Source of the DNA: an uncultured Sphingorhabdus sp.
Lineage (GTDB): Bacteria > Pseudomonadota > Alphaproteobacteria > Sphingomonadales > Sphingomonadaceae
Length of the DNA: 64,000 nt
Assembly: GCA_905479715.1 (NCBI GenBank)
Contig: CAJQNR010000014.1
Span: 6,677 to 70,676 of the forward strand
Reading direction: 5' to 3'
Part shown: positions 22,764 through 31,614 of the stretch, in pieces
How positions within the stretch are numbered: the stretch's first letter is position 1
How the letters are laid out: each line of letters opens with the position of its first letter
Notes under the pieces: model-generated
The model's database searches: none
The model's input: only the letters and a program-made list of their open reading frames with translations
Told to the model about the DNA's origin: nothing
Position numbers and translations under genes: made by a program

Positions 22764-24089
22764 ATGTTCGGAAAAGAATCCAGAAGCGTTGACCCGCGTC
22801 CCCGGTCCGCGGTTTCCCATGGCGTAGGAATCGCCGGCCTGCTGGGACTGGCCTCATGGGTCCTGATCGCCCGCCAATATGGCATGGACGGGCCTTATTC
22901 TGCGCTTGCCGCCTGTTTTGCCTGCGGGGTACCGATGGTTATCTGGTCGTTGCTGATGGACAAGGTTCATCTGCGGCCATCCACCGGGATCGACTGGCAG
23001 GCACCGAAACCGCTCAAAGAAACCTTCGACATCAGTCTGGTGAAGCTGACGGGATTATGGGCAACCTGGGGCATCATTGCGACGATTTACTGTGTCGGGC
23101 GCTGGTACTGGACGGGTCAATATCAATTTTCGATGCAGATGATGGAGGTGGCCGCGCCGTGGCTGTTCGTCCTCTCTGTCCCCTATGTCCTGTTGATGGA
23201 CCGCTTTACCATCGAACCGCGCGACGGCGCCTGGCATTTCGGTCAGCTGCTGATCGGAGGAAAGCGGGAATATGATCGCCAGGAGATCTACCACCATCTG
23301 CGTGCCTGGGCGGTGAAAGGCTTCTTTCTCGCCTTCATGATCTCGATCGTACCCGGCGGTTTTGGGGAGCTTGTCCGGCTTGATATCAATGAACTGGCTG
23401 GCGACCCGGTGGCGATTTCGGGGTGGCTGATCACCGCGATGTTTGTCGTCGACGTTCAGTTCGCGACGGTTGGCTATTTGCTGACGATGAAGCCACTTGA
23501 TGCCCATATCCGCACCGCAAATCCCTATCTCGCAGGCTGGGTCGCCGCGCTGATGTGCTATCCGCCGTTCATCCTGATGGGTGATAACGGACCGCTCAAC
23601 TATCATGTCAACACCGCCGACTGGGCCTATTGGTTCGAGGGGCAGACCACCATTCTCTGGATCTGGGGCGGGATATTGGTGGTCCTCACCGGTCTCTATG
23701 CCTGGGCCACGGTTGCCTTTGGACTGCGCTTTTCCAATCTAACCCATCGCGGGATATTGACCCACGGTCCCTATGGCTGGACCAAGCATCCCGCCTATGT
23801 CGCAAAAAATGCCTATTGGTGGCTGGCGAGCATGCCGTTTCTGGTGACCTCGGGCAGCCTCACTGACTTTGTCCGCAACACGGTGCTGATGGCGCTGGTC
23901 AGCGGGGTCTATTACTGGCGCGCCAAGACCGAGGAAAAGCATCTGCTGAGCGACCCCGCCTATAAGGATTATGCCGAATGGATGGACCGCAACGCGCCGA
24001 TCCCGCGAGTTCTCAACCGGATCAAGCGACGGATCGGCTGGTGGACTCCGGATCAGGGAAAGGCACCGGGCATCCAGCCTGCCGAATAA
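22764..24089 (+). CDS. Isoprenylcysteine carboxyl methyltransferase-like membrane methyltransferase
   Basis: Multi-TM; RGILTHGPY...HPAY and RAKTEEKHL motifs. Confidence 0.78.
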   Translation: MFGKESRSVDPRPRSAVSHGVGIAGLLGLASWVLIARQYGMDGPYSALAACFACGVPMVIWSLLMDKVHLRPSTGIDWQAPKPLKETFDISLVKLTGLWATWGIIATIYCVGRWYWTGQYQFSMQMMEVAAPWLFVLSVPYVLLMDRFTIEPRDGAWHFGQLLIGGKREYDRQEIYHHLRAWAVKGFFLAFMISIVPGGFGELVRLDINELAGDPVAISGWLITAMFVVDVQFATVGYLLTMKPLDAHIRTANPYLAGWVAALMCYPPFILMGDNGPLNYHVNTADWAYWFEGQTTILWIWGGILVVLTGLYAWATVAFGLRFSNLTHRGILTHGPYGWTKHPAYVAKNAYWWLASMPFLVTSGSLTDFVRNTVLMALVSGVYYWRAKTEEKHLLSDPAYKDYAEWMDRNAPIPRVLNRIKRRIGWWTPDQGKAPGIQPAE

Positions 24090-24126
24090 AATTGTCGGAA
24101 CCGGCGCAAAAAGCTAGTCAAACGGC

Positions 24127-24702
24127 ATGACAGTGGTTGGTTCAGATGGAAAGCACCGATGTTTTGGCGGACAGCCGGGCAAGGAATTTTATGGCGATTA
24201 TCATGACCAGGAATGGGGCGTAGCCGTCCATGATGACCGACTATTGTTTGAAAACCTGATTCTGGAAGGCGCGCAGGCGGGCCTGAGCTGGGAGACAGTG
24301 CTGCGGAAACGTGACGGCTATCGCCGCGCCTTTCATGGTTTTGATATCGGGCGCTGTGCCGCAATGACGGACGATGAACTGGAGGCGTTGCGGGAAGATG
24401 ATGGCATCATCCGCAACCGGCTCAAGATTTACTCGGTTCGCAAGAACGCACGGGCTTTCCTGGAAATCCAGCGGGAATTTGGCAGCTTTGATAGCTGGCT
24501 ATGGTCGCATGTTGACGGAGCGCCATCTTTCAACCGGCCGGTTCAGTTTTCGGATATGGCAAGCACGTCGCCGATTAGCGATGCGATCTCCAAAAGTCTC
24601 AAGAAACGCGGCATGAGCTTTGTCGGCAGCACCATCATCTACGCGTATATGCAGGCCATCGGTATGACCGACGACCATCTTGCCGGATGCTGGAAAGCCT
24701 GA
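24127..24702 (+). CDS. tag: DNA-3-methyladenine glycosylase I
   Basis: YHDQEWG, LEGAQAGLSW, IIRNRLKI, DDHLAGC. Confidence 0.95.
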   Translation: MTVVGSDGKHRCFGGQPGKEFYGDYHDQEWGVAVHDDRLLFENLILEGAQAGLSWETVLRKRDGYRRAFHGFDIGRCAAMTDDELEALREDDGIIRNRLKIYSVRKNARAFLEIQREFGSFDSWLWSHVDGAPSFNRPVQFSDMASTSPISDAISKSLKKRGMSFVGSTIIYAYMQAIGMTDDHLAGCWKA

Positions 24703-25194
24703 TCAGCTGGGGTTTTTGAGATAGGCAATCACATTGGCGCGTGCCTGTGGATCCGGCATGCCGGCATAGAACATCTTGGTTTTCGGGATTACCCGCGCTG
24801 GCTTTTCGAGAAACTGGAACAATTTTTCTTCCGTCCAAGTGATGCCGCTATTGGCATTGGCATCACTATAGTTGAACCCGGCAACCGAACCGGCCTTGCG
24901 ACCGACAATATCGGCCAGCGAAGGGCCGACGCGGTTCATACCGGAATCGATGACATGGCAGGCGCGACACTGGGCGAAACTCGACTTGCCGGCTGCGGCA
25001 TCTCCGGTCAGGCTTGCATAAGCAACGCCATCCAATGTCGCGACATCGTCAGCGGCTGGCGGTCCGGTCTCGACCGGCGCTTCTGCTTTCACCGTGTCTG
25101 TCGCCGGTTCGCTGGATTCAGAACCACCACCTGAACAGCCTGTAGCCAGGATAGACAAAGCCACGACAGTCGCTACCGTTTTCATGCGAACCAT
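24703..25194 (-). CDS. Class I cytochrome c (c2-like) with lipoprotein anchor
   Basis: CRACH haem motif, VGPSL, PKTKM; lipobox LATGC. Confidence 0.92.
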   Translation of the reverse strand: MVRMKTVATVVALSILATGCSGGGSESSEPATDTVKAEAPVETGPPAADDVATLDGVAYASLTGDAAAGKSSFAQCRACHVIDSGMNRVGPSLADIVGRKAGSVAGFNYSDANANSGITWTEEKLFQFLEKPARVIPKTKMFYAGMPDPQARANVIAYLKNPS

Positions 25195-25478
25195 ATTCTT
25201 TCCGATCGAGTGATATTATCAGGATATTCGGTTTCACGATTGCCTAGTGCCGATTGATGCAAAATTAAAGTGCCGATCTGTCTGTCCTTTCAATTTTCTC
25301 GAACAGGTCTGGCTTGGGCTGATTGCACATGTTCGGACTTTCATTTCTTTCTTGCCCAGCCGATAGCGAAGGCTGCGCTGGCAGGGTCAATAAAAAGCCG
25401 CTATTGTCGATAGATGGATAGATTCCGAACCGGCGCGCCGACGAGATACCGCATCGAACAGCTGGGAAGATACGGCTT

Positions 25479-26741
25479 ATGATATTGGCATTGAAGAAAA
25501 CTATGTCGCGGTTGCCCGAAAAAATCTGGTTCCGGGCGATGCTGTTCAGCGTCGCCGCTATTGCCGCAGCGGCTGCAGCGGAGTGGGTGGGGCCATTGAT
25601 CCCCTATGAAGCGGATCTCGAGATCGCCAGTGGTTCGGTCGGCGACATATTGACGATATTGGCATCAAGCATGCTGGCGGTCATTGCCTTTTCCGTATCC
25701 ATCATGGTGTCGGCTTATGGTTCCGCGACCAACACGGCGACCCCGAGGACCATCGCGCTGATGCTTGCGGATGATCGGTCGCAAAATGCATTATCGACGT
25801 TCCTCGGCACGTTCCTGTTCAGTATCGTTGGCATTATCGGTTTGTCGGCCGGCTATTATGACGATCAGGGGCGGATCATCTTATTCTTCGCCACGATCAC
25901 CGTGATCGTTCTGATCACCGGGACGCTGATCAACTGGATCCAGCAGCTGTCCACTTTCGGCAGGATGAACGACCTGATCGAGCGCGTCGAGCAGGCAACG
26001 TCCAAAGCATTGCGCTGGCATGGCCAACATCCCTTTCTCGGCGGGCAGCCGCCAATCAAGATACCGGAGGATGCTCTTCCCGTCCGTTGCGATATCGCCA
26101 GTGGCGTCGTAACTTCGGTCGATATGGCGCGTCTGGAGCAAGCCGCCGAAAAATATGATGTGACAGTCCATCTCTCCATTCACCCGGGAAAGCTGGTATA
26201 TCCGGCGCGACCGCTACTCTATCTCGTCGGCGACGAGGCAAATTGCGTTGATCCAAAATCTTTTCGCGATGCGATATTGGTCGAGCGTGACCGCAGTTTT
26301 GATCAGGATCCCCGGTTCGGGCTGGTGGTGCTTTCCGAGATCGCTTCGCGCGCGCTGTCTCCCGCCGTCAACGACCCGGGTACGGCCATTTCGGTGCTCG
26401 TCAGTGGCTTGCGCTGTTTCGAGGTTTTTGCGGAAGCCTGCTCGTCACCCGAGGATGCCCGCTATTCCAGAATATATGGACCCGTTATCGAGACGGGAGA
26501 TCTGTTCACCGATTTTTTTATCAAAATTGCCCGGGATGGAGCCGGAATTGTGGAGGTGCAGCAGCGCATCCAGCTGTGCCTGCTGGCTCTTGCTCAATCA
26601 TGGCCGGATATCTTCTCGGCAGACGCTTCGGAAGCGTCCCGTGATGGCCTGGCGAGAGCGCTCGAGCATATTGTCCATGAGCCGGACATAGAAGATCTGA
26701 AAGCAAGATCGCAGAAGGTTGTCGACAGCGACAAGCAGTGA
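25479..26741 (+). CDS. DUF2254 membrane protein
   Basis: ILASSML, ATPR, QDPRFG, EIASRALSPAVNDPGTAI. Confidence 0.9.
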   Translation: MILALKKTMSRLPEKIWFRAMLFSVAAIAAAAAAEWVGPLIPYEADLEIASGSVGDILTILASSMLAVIAFSVSIMVSAYGSATNTATPRTIALMLADDRSQNALSTFLGTFLFSIVGIIGLSAGYYDDQGRIILFFATITVIVLITGTLINWIQQLSTFGRMNDLIERVEQATSKALRWHGQHPFLGGQPPIKIPEDALPVRCDIASGVVTSVDMARLEQAAEKYDVTVHLSIHPGKLVYPARPLLYLVGDEANCVDPKSFRDAILVERDRSFDQDPRFGLVVLSEIASRALSPAVNDPGTAISVLVSGLRCFEVFAEACSSPEDARYSRIYGPVIETGDLFTDFFIKIARDGAGIVEVQQRIQLCLLALAQSWPDIFSADASEASRDGLARALEHIVHEPDIEDLKARSQKVVDSDKQ

Positions 26742-26904
26742 CCCTTATCCGAAGGGGATGTGCACGGTTCGACCGGGCTGTTGGTGGTGAAGGCCGGAAA
26801 ACGCGAACCTCGAAATATATTGAGATAGATTTTAGATCGGGGCTGCGCTTTCCGGCGCGAACCTGTGGGTCGAAGGTGAATTCGGACATCGCCCAGAGAT
26901 TAGT
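26741..26904 (-). ncRNA. Candidate EcfG-dependent structured sRNA #1
   Basis: Perfect EcfG promoter immediately upstream; 12-bp stem 26793-26804/26845-26856 that is fully paired only on the minus strand; two 3' hairpins. Confidence 0.4.
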
Positions 26905-26910
26905 GATTAA

Positions 26911-26935
26911 AACGCCGCCGCTCAGCATTGGTTCC
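26911..26935 (-). promoter_or_regulatory. EcfG promoter with no credible downstream CDS
   Basis: GGAAC-caatgctgagcggcgg(16)-CGTT. Confidence 0.75.
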
Positions 26936-26984
26936 ACGACTCGCGATTTTCTCATTTGATCCGCAAACACCATTTTCGGGCGTT

Positions 26985-27599
26985 TTAGCCTGCTGCGAAA
27001 GCGGCCATAATATCCCGGATCCCGGTGGGACTCTCCATTTTTTGCAGTGCTGAAATCGCGCCTTCAATGTCGAGACTATATTGCGCTACGGACCCTTCCA
27101 TTGCGGACGGCTTTGCGCCGACAGCGCGGACCAGGCCGGACGCTTTCGTGTTGCTCCGCAGGATATCGATCCGCAATTGCCGCAAGCCTTCACAATAGCA
27201 GTCCAGGAACAGCGCCGTCATCAACAGTCGCGCGACGCCGAGACCGTGATACTGGTCGAGAACGGCGATCGCGAATTCGCCGCTATCGCTGGTTTCCGTT
27301 TCCCGAAAAACATGAGTGACAGCCATTGCGGGATGATCTTTCTCGACCATGTTGATCATCCCCCATGCGAGATGTTTTACGCCATCAACACTCGCCAACC
27401 GTTCAACGACCGACGGAGGCATTGTTTTTGATCCGGAAAAAAAGCGCAAATAGCGACTTTTATCGGATAATTGGCTGATGCCTTTTTCAATCTCGCTCTG
27501 GTCCGAATGACGGACGCGCCGCAGGCAGACACGCGTCCCGTTGTCGAGTCTGGCTTCCACCGACTGGACCTGATTCTGAAACGCTCCTGCTCCAGCCAT
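26985..27599 (-). CDS. GNAT acetyltransferase
   Basis: LSDKSRYLRFF, EFAIAVLDQYHGLGVA; start set after the GGAGGAGAGG RBS. Confidence 0.85.
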   Translation of the reverse strand: MAGAGAFQNQVQSVEARLDNGTRVCLRRVRHSDQSEIEKGISQLSDKSRYLRFFSGSKTMPPSVVERLASVDGVKHLAWGMINMVEKDHPAMAVTHVFRETETSDSGEFAIAVLDQYHGLGVARLLMTALFLDCYCEGLRQLRIDILRSNTKASGLVRAVGAKPSAMEGSVAQYSLDIEGAISALQKMESPTGIRDIMAAFAAG

Positions 27600-27680
27600 C
27601 CTCTCCTCCTTCATCTCGCCCTGTCACGGCATGGTCCGCCGGACACTGCTTCGACCCGGCTGGTTCGCCGAGGCATCCTG

Positions 27681-28565
27681 TCAATCGCCGGATGAAGCTA
27701 TTGGCAAGGCTTCTTTGAACGTATGCGTCCGATAAGGGAAGGGGATCTCGATATTCGCGTCATCCAGCGCCCGCTTCACCGACCGGATTACAAGATCGCG
27801 GCTTTCGTGCATGTCGCGCTGCGTGGAGCCCGACCACCAGCGCAATTTGAAGTCGACGGAACTGGAGTTGAACTCGCAGGCGAATATATCGATAGGTTTT
27901 TCGCTATCGACGACATCTGCGGATGTCACGCCATCGCGGATCACCGTGCGCGCCTGTTCGAGGTCGGTGTCATAGGAAACGCCGACGACAATTTCGTGCC
28001 GCCGCTGCTGTTGGTCAGTCAGGATCTCGACAGGATTTTTGAAAAGAACAGAATTCGGGACGATTGTCAGCTCGTTTGAAGGTTTCCGGATATGCGTTTC
28101 ACGCAGCAATATCTGTTCAACTCTCCCTTCAATGCCCTCGCAATTGACATAATCACCGATCCGCATTTTTTCGCGCGCCATGATCAGAATGCCGGCGAGA
28201 AAATTCTCGAATATATCCTGAAAGGCGAAGCCGATGGCGACCGTTCCGATGCCGAGCCCGGCAACCAGGCTGCCGGGCGTCAAATCCGGCAACAGGATGG
28301 TCAGTGAAACCAGCAGTCCGACGGTCCAGATCGCGATTTTGATCAGCGTGTCGAGAAGTTCCCGAAGCGATGGCCGGATGGACGTTCTTGCGGTAAGCTT
28401 TTCAGAGATTTTGGTGGCAAATTTTGCGACAATCCAAGTAAAGATCAGGAATGCAATCGCGATAACCAGACTGGGCAACAGCGCTACAATGCCTTCCCAC
28501 ATGGCCTGCAATTGTGCGATCAAAATTTCAAGTGTGCTCAGTGATTTATCTACTTGTTCATTCAT
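27681..28565 (-). CDS. MscS-family mechanosensitive channel
   Basis: GIGTVAIGFAFQDIFENFLAG, VPNS, VGVSY, IEIPFP. Confidence 0.92.
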   Translation of the reverse strand: MNEQVDKSLSTLEILIAQLQAMWEGIVALLPSLVIAIAFLIFTWIVAKFATKISEKLTARTSIRPSLRELLDTLIKIAIWTVGLLVSLTILLPDLTPGSLVAGLGIGTVAIGFAFQDIFENFLAGILIMAREKMRIGDYVNCEGIEGRVEQILLRETHIRKPSNELTIVPNSVLFKNPVEILTDQQQRRHEIVVGVSYDTDLEQARTVIRDGVTSADVVDSEKPIDIFACEFNSSSVDFKLRWWSGSTQRDMHESRDLVIRSVKRALDDANIEIPFPYRTHTFKEALPIASSGD

Positions 28566-28573
28566 TCATCCCA

Positions 28574-28598
28574 AACGCATAGCCTCGCATTTGGTTGC
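28574..28598 (-). promoter_or_regulatory. EcfG promoter of the MscS gene
   Basis: GCAAC-N16-CGTT, 8 nt before the ATG. Confidence 0.65.
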
Positions 28599-28616
28599 AT
28601 ATCATATCCCCTGGCG

Positions 28617-28641
28617 GGAACCCTTTCCGGACAAAAAGGTT
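28617..28641 (+). promoter_or_regulatory. EcfG promoter of the phospholipase D gene
   Basis: GGAAC-N16-GGTT, 8 nt before ATG 28650. Confidence 0.7.
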
Positions 28642-28649
28642 GTTCATCT

Positions 28650-30062
28650 ATGACAAACATATTCAAACCGGGGGCAAATTGCTGGCGTGTGGAGCATGCT
28701 GATCGGTCGGCGGTGCTGATCGACGGCGAAAATTATTTTCGGGCGGTGCGCAAGTCGCTCGCGCAGGCGAAGCAGCGGATCATGCTGCTCGGCTGGGATT
28801 TTGATGAACGTGTGGAAATGCACGATACCGAAGAGCAACCGCAGGGTCCGCTGCAGATCGGTGCCTATTTCGACTGGCTGCTCAGGAAGAATCGCGATCT
28901 CGACATCTATGTGCTGCGCTGGGATACCGGGGCGCTGAAATCCTTTGTCCGGCTCAACGGACTTTTGACTCTGGCCCGCTGGTATCTTCATCCGCGGGTG
29001 CATTTCAAGCTCGATGCCCATCATCCGGTAGGAGCCGCGCATCATCAAAAAGTCATCGTTATCGACGAAGACACCGCTTTTTGCAGCGGCATTGATGTCA
29101 CCAATAACCGCTGGGACACCCGCTCCCACGACGAACATCAGGAGCAGCGTTTTCAGCCCGACGGCAATGATGCCGGGCCGTGGCATGATGCCGCGATGGT
29201 GGTCCAGGGCGACGTCGCCCGTGCTTTGTCGGAATATGCCGTGCAGCACTGGGACGATGCGGGGGGCAAGCAGGTCAAGGCGGTTACCGCGCGTGCCGAT
29301 TGCTGGCCCGCTGGGCTAGACGCAGATTTTACCGACTGCCCGATCGCCATTGCCCGTACCTTGCCGGAAATGGAGGGCCAGAAGTCTGTTCAGGAAATCG
29401 AGAATCTCGGTATTGATCTGATAGCTTCCGCCGAAAACTATATTTATGTGGAGAGCCAATATTTTGCGTCCGCCGCGATCGCGCGAGCCATCGTCGAGCG
29501 TCTTGCGGAAGCGGACGGGCCGGAAGTTATAATCGTCAATCCGCAAAGTGCAGAAGGCTGGCTGGAATCCGAAATCATGAATTCGTCGCGCGCCCGGCTG
29601 TATGAAGCCGTCAAGGCGCGGGACACATATGATCGTTTTCGCATGTATCACCCGTTCAATGCCGCTTGCACGGCAATCTATGTCCATGCCAAGATATTGA
29701 TCGTGGATGACCGATATATTCGTATTGGATCATCCAATGTGAACAACCGTTCGCTCGGTTTCGACAGCGAATGCGACGTTGCGATTGATGCTTCCGCGAC
29801 CGATGGCAATGCGGTTTCCGGCCAGATCGCCCGCATCCGCAATGATCTGCTGGCCGAGCATTTGGGAAAAGAGGAACAGGATGTCAGCCGCGTAATCGCA
29901 AAAACCGGATCGCTGATAGCGACTATAGACTCCTTGGACAGGGCGGGTCGCAGGCTTCGGCCCTATCAAACGCCCGATATCAACGCGGTGGAAGATTGGC
30001 TGGCGGACAATGACATCCTTGACCCGGAACGGGCGGATGACGTGTTCGCAGGCATCATCTAG
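28650..30062 (+). CDS. Phospholipase D-family protein (two HKD motifs)
   Basis: HHQKVIVID and VHAKILIVDD...GSSNVNNRS; PGANCWR N-terminus. Confidence 0.92.
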   Translation: MTNIFKPGANCWRVEHADRSAVLIDGENYFRAVRKSLAQAKQRIMLLGWDFDERVEMHDTEEQPQGPLQIGAYFDWLLRKNRDLDIYVLRWDTGALKSFVRLNGLLTLARWYLHPRVHFKLDAHHPVGAAHHQKVIVIDEDTAFCSGIDVTNNRWDTRSHDEHQEQRFQPDGNDAGPWHDAAMVVQGDVARALSEYAVQHWDDAGGKQVKAVTARADCWPAGLDADFTDCPIAIARTLPEMEGQKSVQEIENLGIDLIASAENYIYVESQYFASAAIARAIVERLAEADGPEVIIVNPQSAEGWLESEIMNSSRARLYEAVKARDTYDRFRMYHPFNAACTAIYVHAKILIVDDRYIRIGSSNVNNRSLGFDSECDVAIDASATDGNAVSGQIARIRNDLLAEHLGKEEQDVSRVIAKTGSLIATIDSLDRAGRRLRPYQTPDINAVEDWLADNDILDPERADDVFAGII

Positions 30063-30113
30063 CTGCACGGACACAACATCGGCCCAGATGGCAAAAACCG
30101 GCGCCGAAACGCG

Positions 30114-30218
30114 CTATGCGGCCGTATCGGCCTGCTTTTTGTCCTGGATTTTCTTGATGATAATTCTGGCGGCAATCGAAACGGCTCCTGCCGCGATGGT
30201 CCTGATGATGAAACGCAT
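30114..30218 (-). CDS. 34-aa small protein missing from the ORF track
   Basis: MRFIIRTIAAGAVSIAARIIIKKIQDKKQADTAA*; AAGGAGAG RBS; EcfG-type promoter upstream. Confidence 0.7.
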   Translation of the reverse strand: MRFIIRTIAAGAVSIAARIIIKKIQDKKQADTAA

Positions 30219-30257
30219 TCCACTCTCCTTTGTCCGTGATAATATATTCATGATATC

Positions 30258-30282
30258 TACCGGCGGGAGACGAATTGGTTCC
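30258..30282 (-). promoter_or_regulatory. EcfG promoter of the 34-aa peptide gene
   Basis: GGAAC-N16-GGTA. Confidence 0.55.
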
Positions 30283-30295
30283 CGTCTATGGTGAT

Positions 30296-30700
30296 TCAGC
30301 TACCGAAATCCATTGCCCATATGGCGATGATCAAGGTGATCGCGCCCAGTGCCATCAAGCCCGAAATCAGGCGCATATTATTCGGTTTGACCGGCGTGGC
30401 GTGGTGCGAGTCGAGGCGGCTTTGAACCGCGCAGCCGTTGCGTTGTGCCGCCCAGAAAATGAATATCCCTATGGCCATGAACAGGGACGCAATCGCTTTC
30501 GGCACCCAAAGCGGTTCGAGCTTTCCGAACAGGGCATTGAATCCCAGGCCGATCCCGACCGCCGCCAGCCCGGTGCGCATCCATCCTGCAAAGGTCCTCT
30601 CATTGGCCATGATTGTTCGATCCTCGGCCCAATCGGTGCGGTTTTCGGCAAGGTCCGTTCGCTCATTTGCCAGTTTATTGCTCGGCGATGTGCTGCCCAT
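30296..30700 (-). CDS. YidH/DUF202 membrane protein
   Basis: LANERT, MANERTFAGWMRTGL. Confidence 0.9.
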   Translation of the reverse strand: MGSTSPSNKLANERTDLAENRTDWAEDRTIMANERTFAGWMRTGLAAVGIGLGFNALFGKLEPLWVPKAIASLFMAIGIFIFWAAQRNGCAVQSRLDSHHATPVKPNNMRLISGLMALGAITLIIAIWAMDFGS

Positions 30701-30814
30701 GACAGGTTCCTGATCGGTTTGTTTCAGTGGATATTCGCCCGGATGCTATAAAACCCCGATATCCGCCAGATAGGCACATATCGGGGCTTGAAATGCCGGG
30801 CGGGAAATGGCGGC

Positions 30815-31000
30815 CTAGATGGCCCGCGCGGTCCCGCGTGGTCCGACAAAGAACCACAGCAGCAAGCCGATGACCGGCAAGATCAGGATGATCAGGGTCC
30901 AGATGATTTTAGCGCCGGTCGACGAACCGCTCCCCCAGACGCTGAGCAGCGCCCAGATGTCCAAAGCCAGAATCAGAAGGCCAATTATTCCATATTCCAT
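30815..31000 (-). CDS. PLDc N-terminal domain small membrane protein
   Basis: LDIWAL...K.IW..IL.LPVIG...W.F.GP. Confidence 0.85.
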   Translation of the reverse strand: MEYGIIGLLILALDIWALLSVWGSGSSTGAKIIWTLIILILPVIGLLLWFFVGPRGTARAI

Positions 31001-31039
31001 GATGAATTCCTTTTCTTAAGTTATGCAGTGAGAGCGGGG

Positions 31040-31483
31040 TTACGAAGTGGCTTCTTCGAGATGATCGATAAGCCGGCCATCGGCTCTCAATTCGCCCTGA
31101 TAATTCCGCAGCATTGTTTTGGCCGCGGCGGGCAAATCATTATGTTCGAGCGCCTTGTCGAACTTCATGCGGAGATATTCTTCGCCATTGTCGACCGCTT
31201 CGATCACGGCTTCGTCGTGATCCCGCAACGCCGCGCTAATGTTCATGAACACGCGGTGGGCAGAGGCGAGAATGGTCCCGTCAGTTTCCGGCTGGCCACC
31301 GAGCTGCATTATTTCATCGCGAACAGCAGCCGCCATGGCACGGCGGGAGGTTGCGCGACGGGTGAAAAACTCTTTGAATATACTGCGATCCGCCAGCTCG
31401 GCCGCTTTTTCATAGCCGTCGGCGGAATCGATCAGGGTTTCCAAAACGTCATTCAATGTATTCGTGGAAATCTGGTTGTTCAT
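31040..31483 (-). CDS. PA2169/DUF2383 four-helix-bundle (ferritin-like) protein
   Basis: LNDVLETL.DS..GY, LGG.PE..GT, HR.F, GE; start moved to MNNQ after a GAGG RBS. Confidence 0.88.
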   Translation of the reverse strand: MNNQISTNTLNDVLETLIDSADGYEKAAELADRSIFKEFFTRRATSRRAMAAAVRDEIMQLGGQPETDGTILASAHRVFMNISAALRDHDEAVIEAVDNGEEYLRMKFDKALEHNDLPAAAKTMLRNYQGELRADGRLIDHLEEATS

Positions 31484-31516
31484 ATCATCCTCGTTTCGCA
31501 TTGGGTATGCACAACC

Positions 31517-31541
31517 AACAATCACCTGCTTTGTCGGTTCC
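31517..31541 (-). promoter_or_regulatory. EcfG promoter of the PA2169-family gene
   Basis: GGAAC-N16-TGTT. Confidence 0.65.
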
Positions 31542-31564
31542 AAAGTAAATTTTCCCCGATGGCC

Positions 31565-31589
31565 GGAACCTTTGCTATGCTACAACGTA
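31565..31589 (+). promoter_or_regulatory. EcfG promoter of the BON-MscS gene
   Basis: GGAAC-N16-CGTA. Confidence 0.65.
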
Positions 31590-31614
31590 TGCGGATGTTG
31601 ATGACTGGAGATAC

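Noticed and set aside
26521-26973. 150-aa minus-strand ORF
   Set aside because: Spans the promoter itself, overlaps the DUF2254 gene antisense and lacks an RBS
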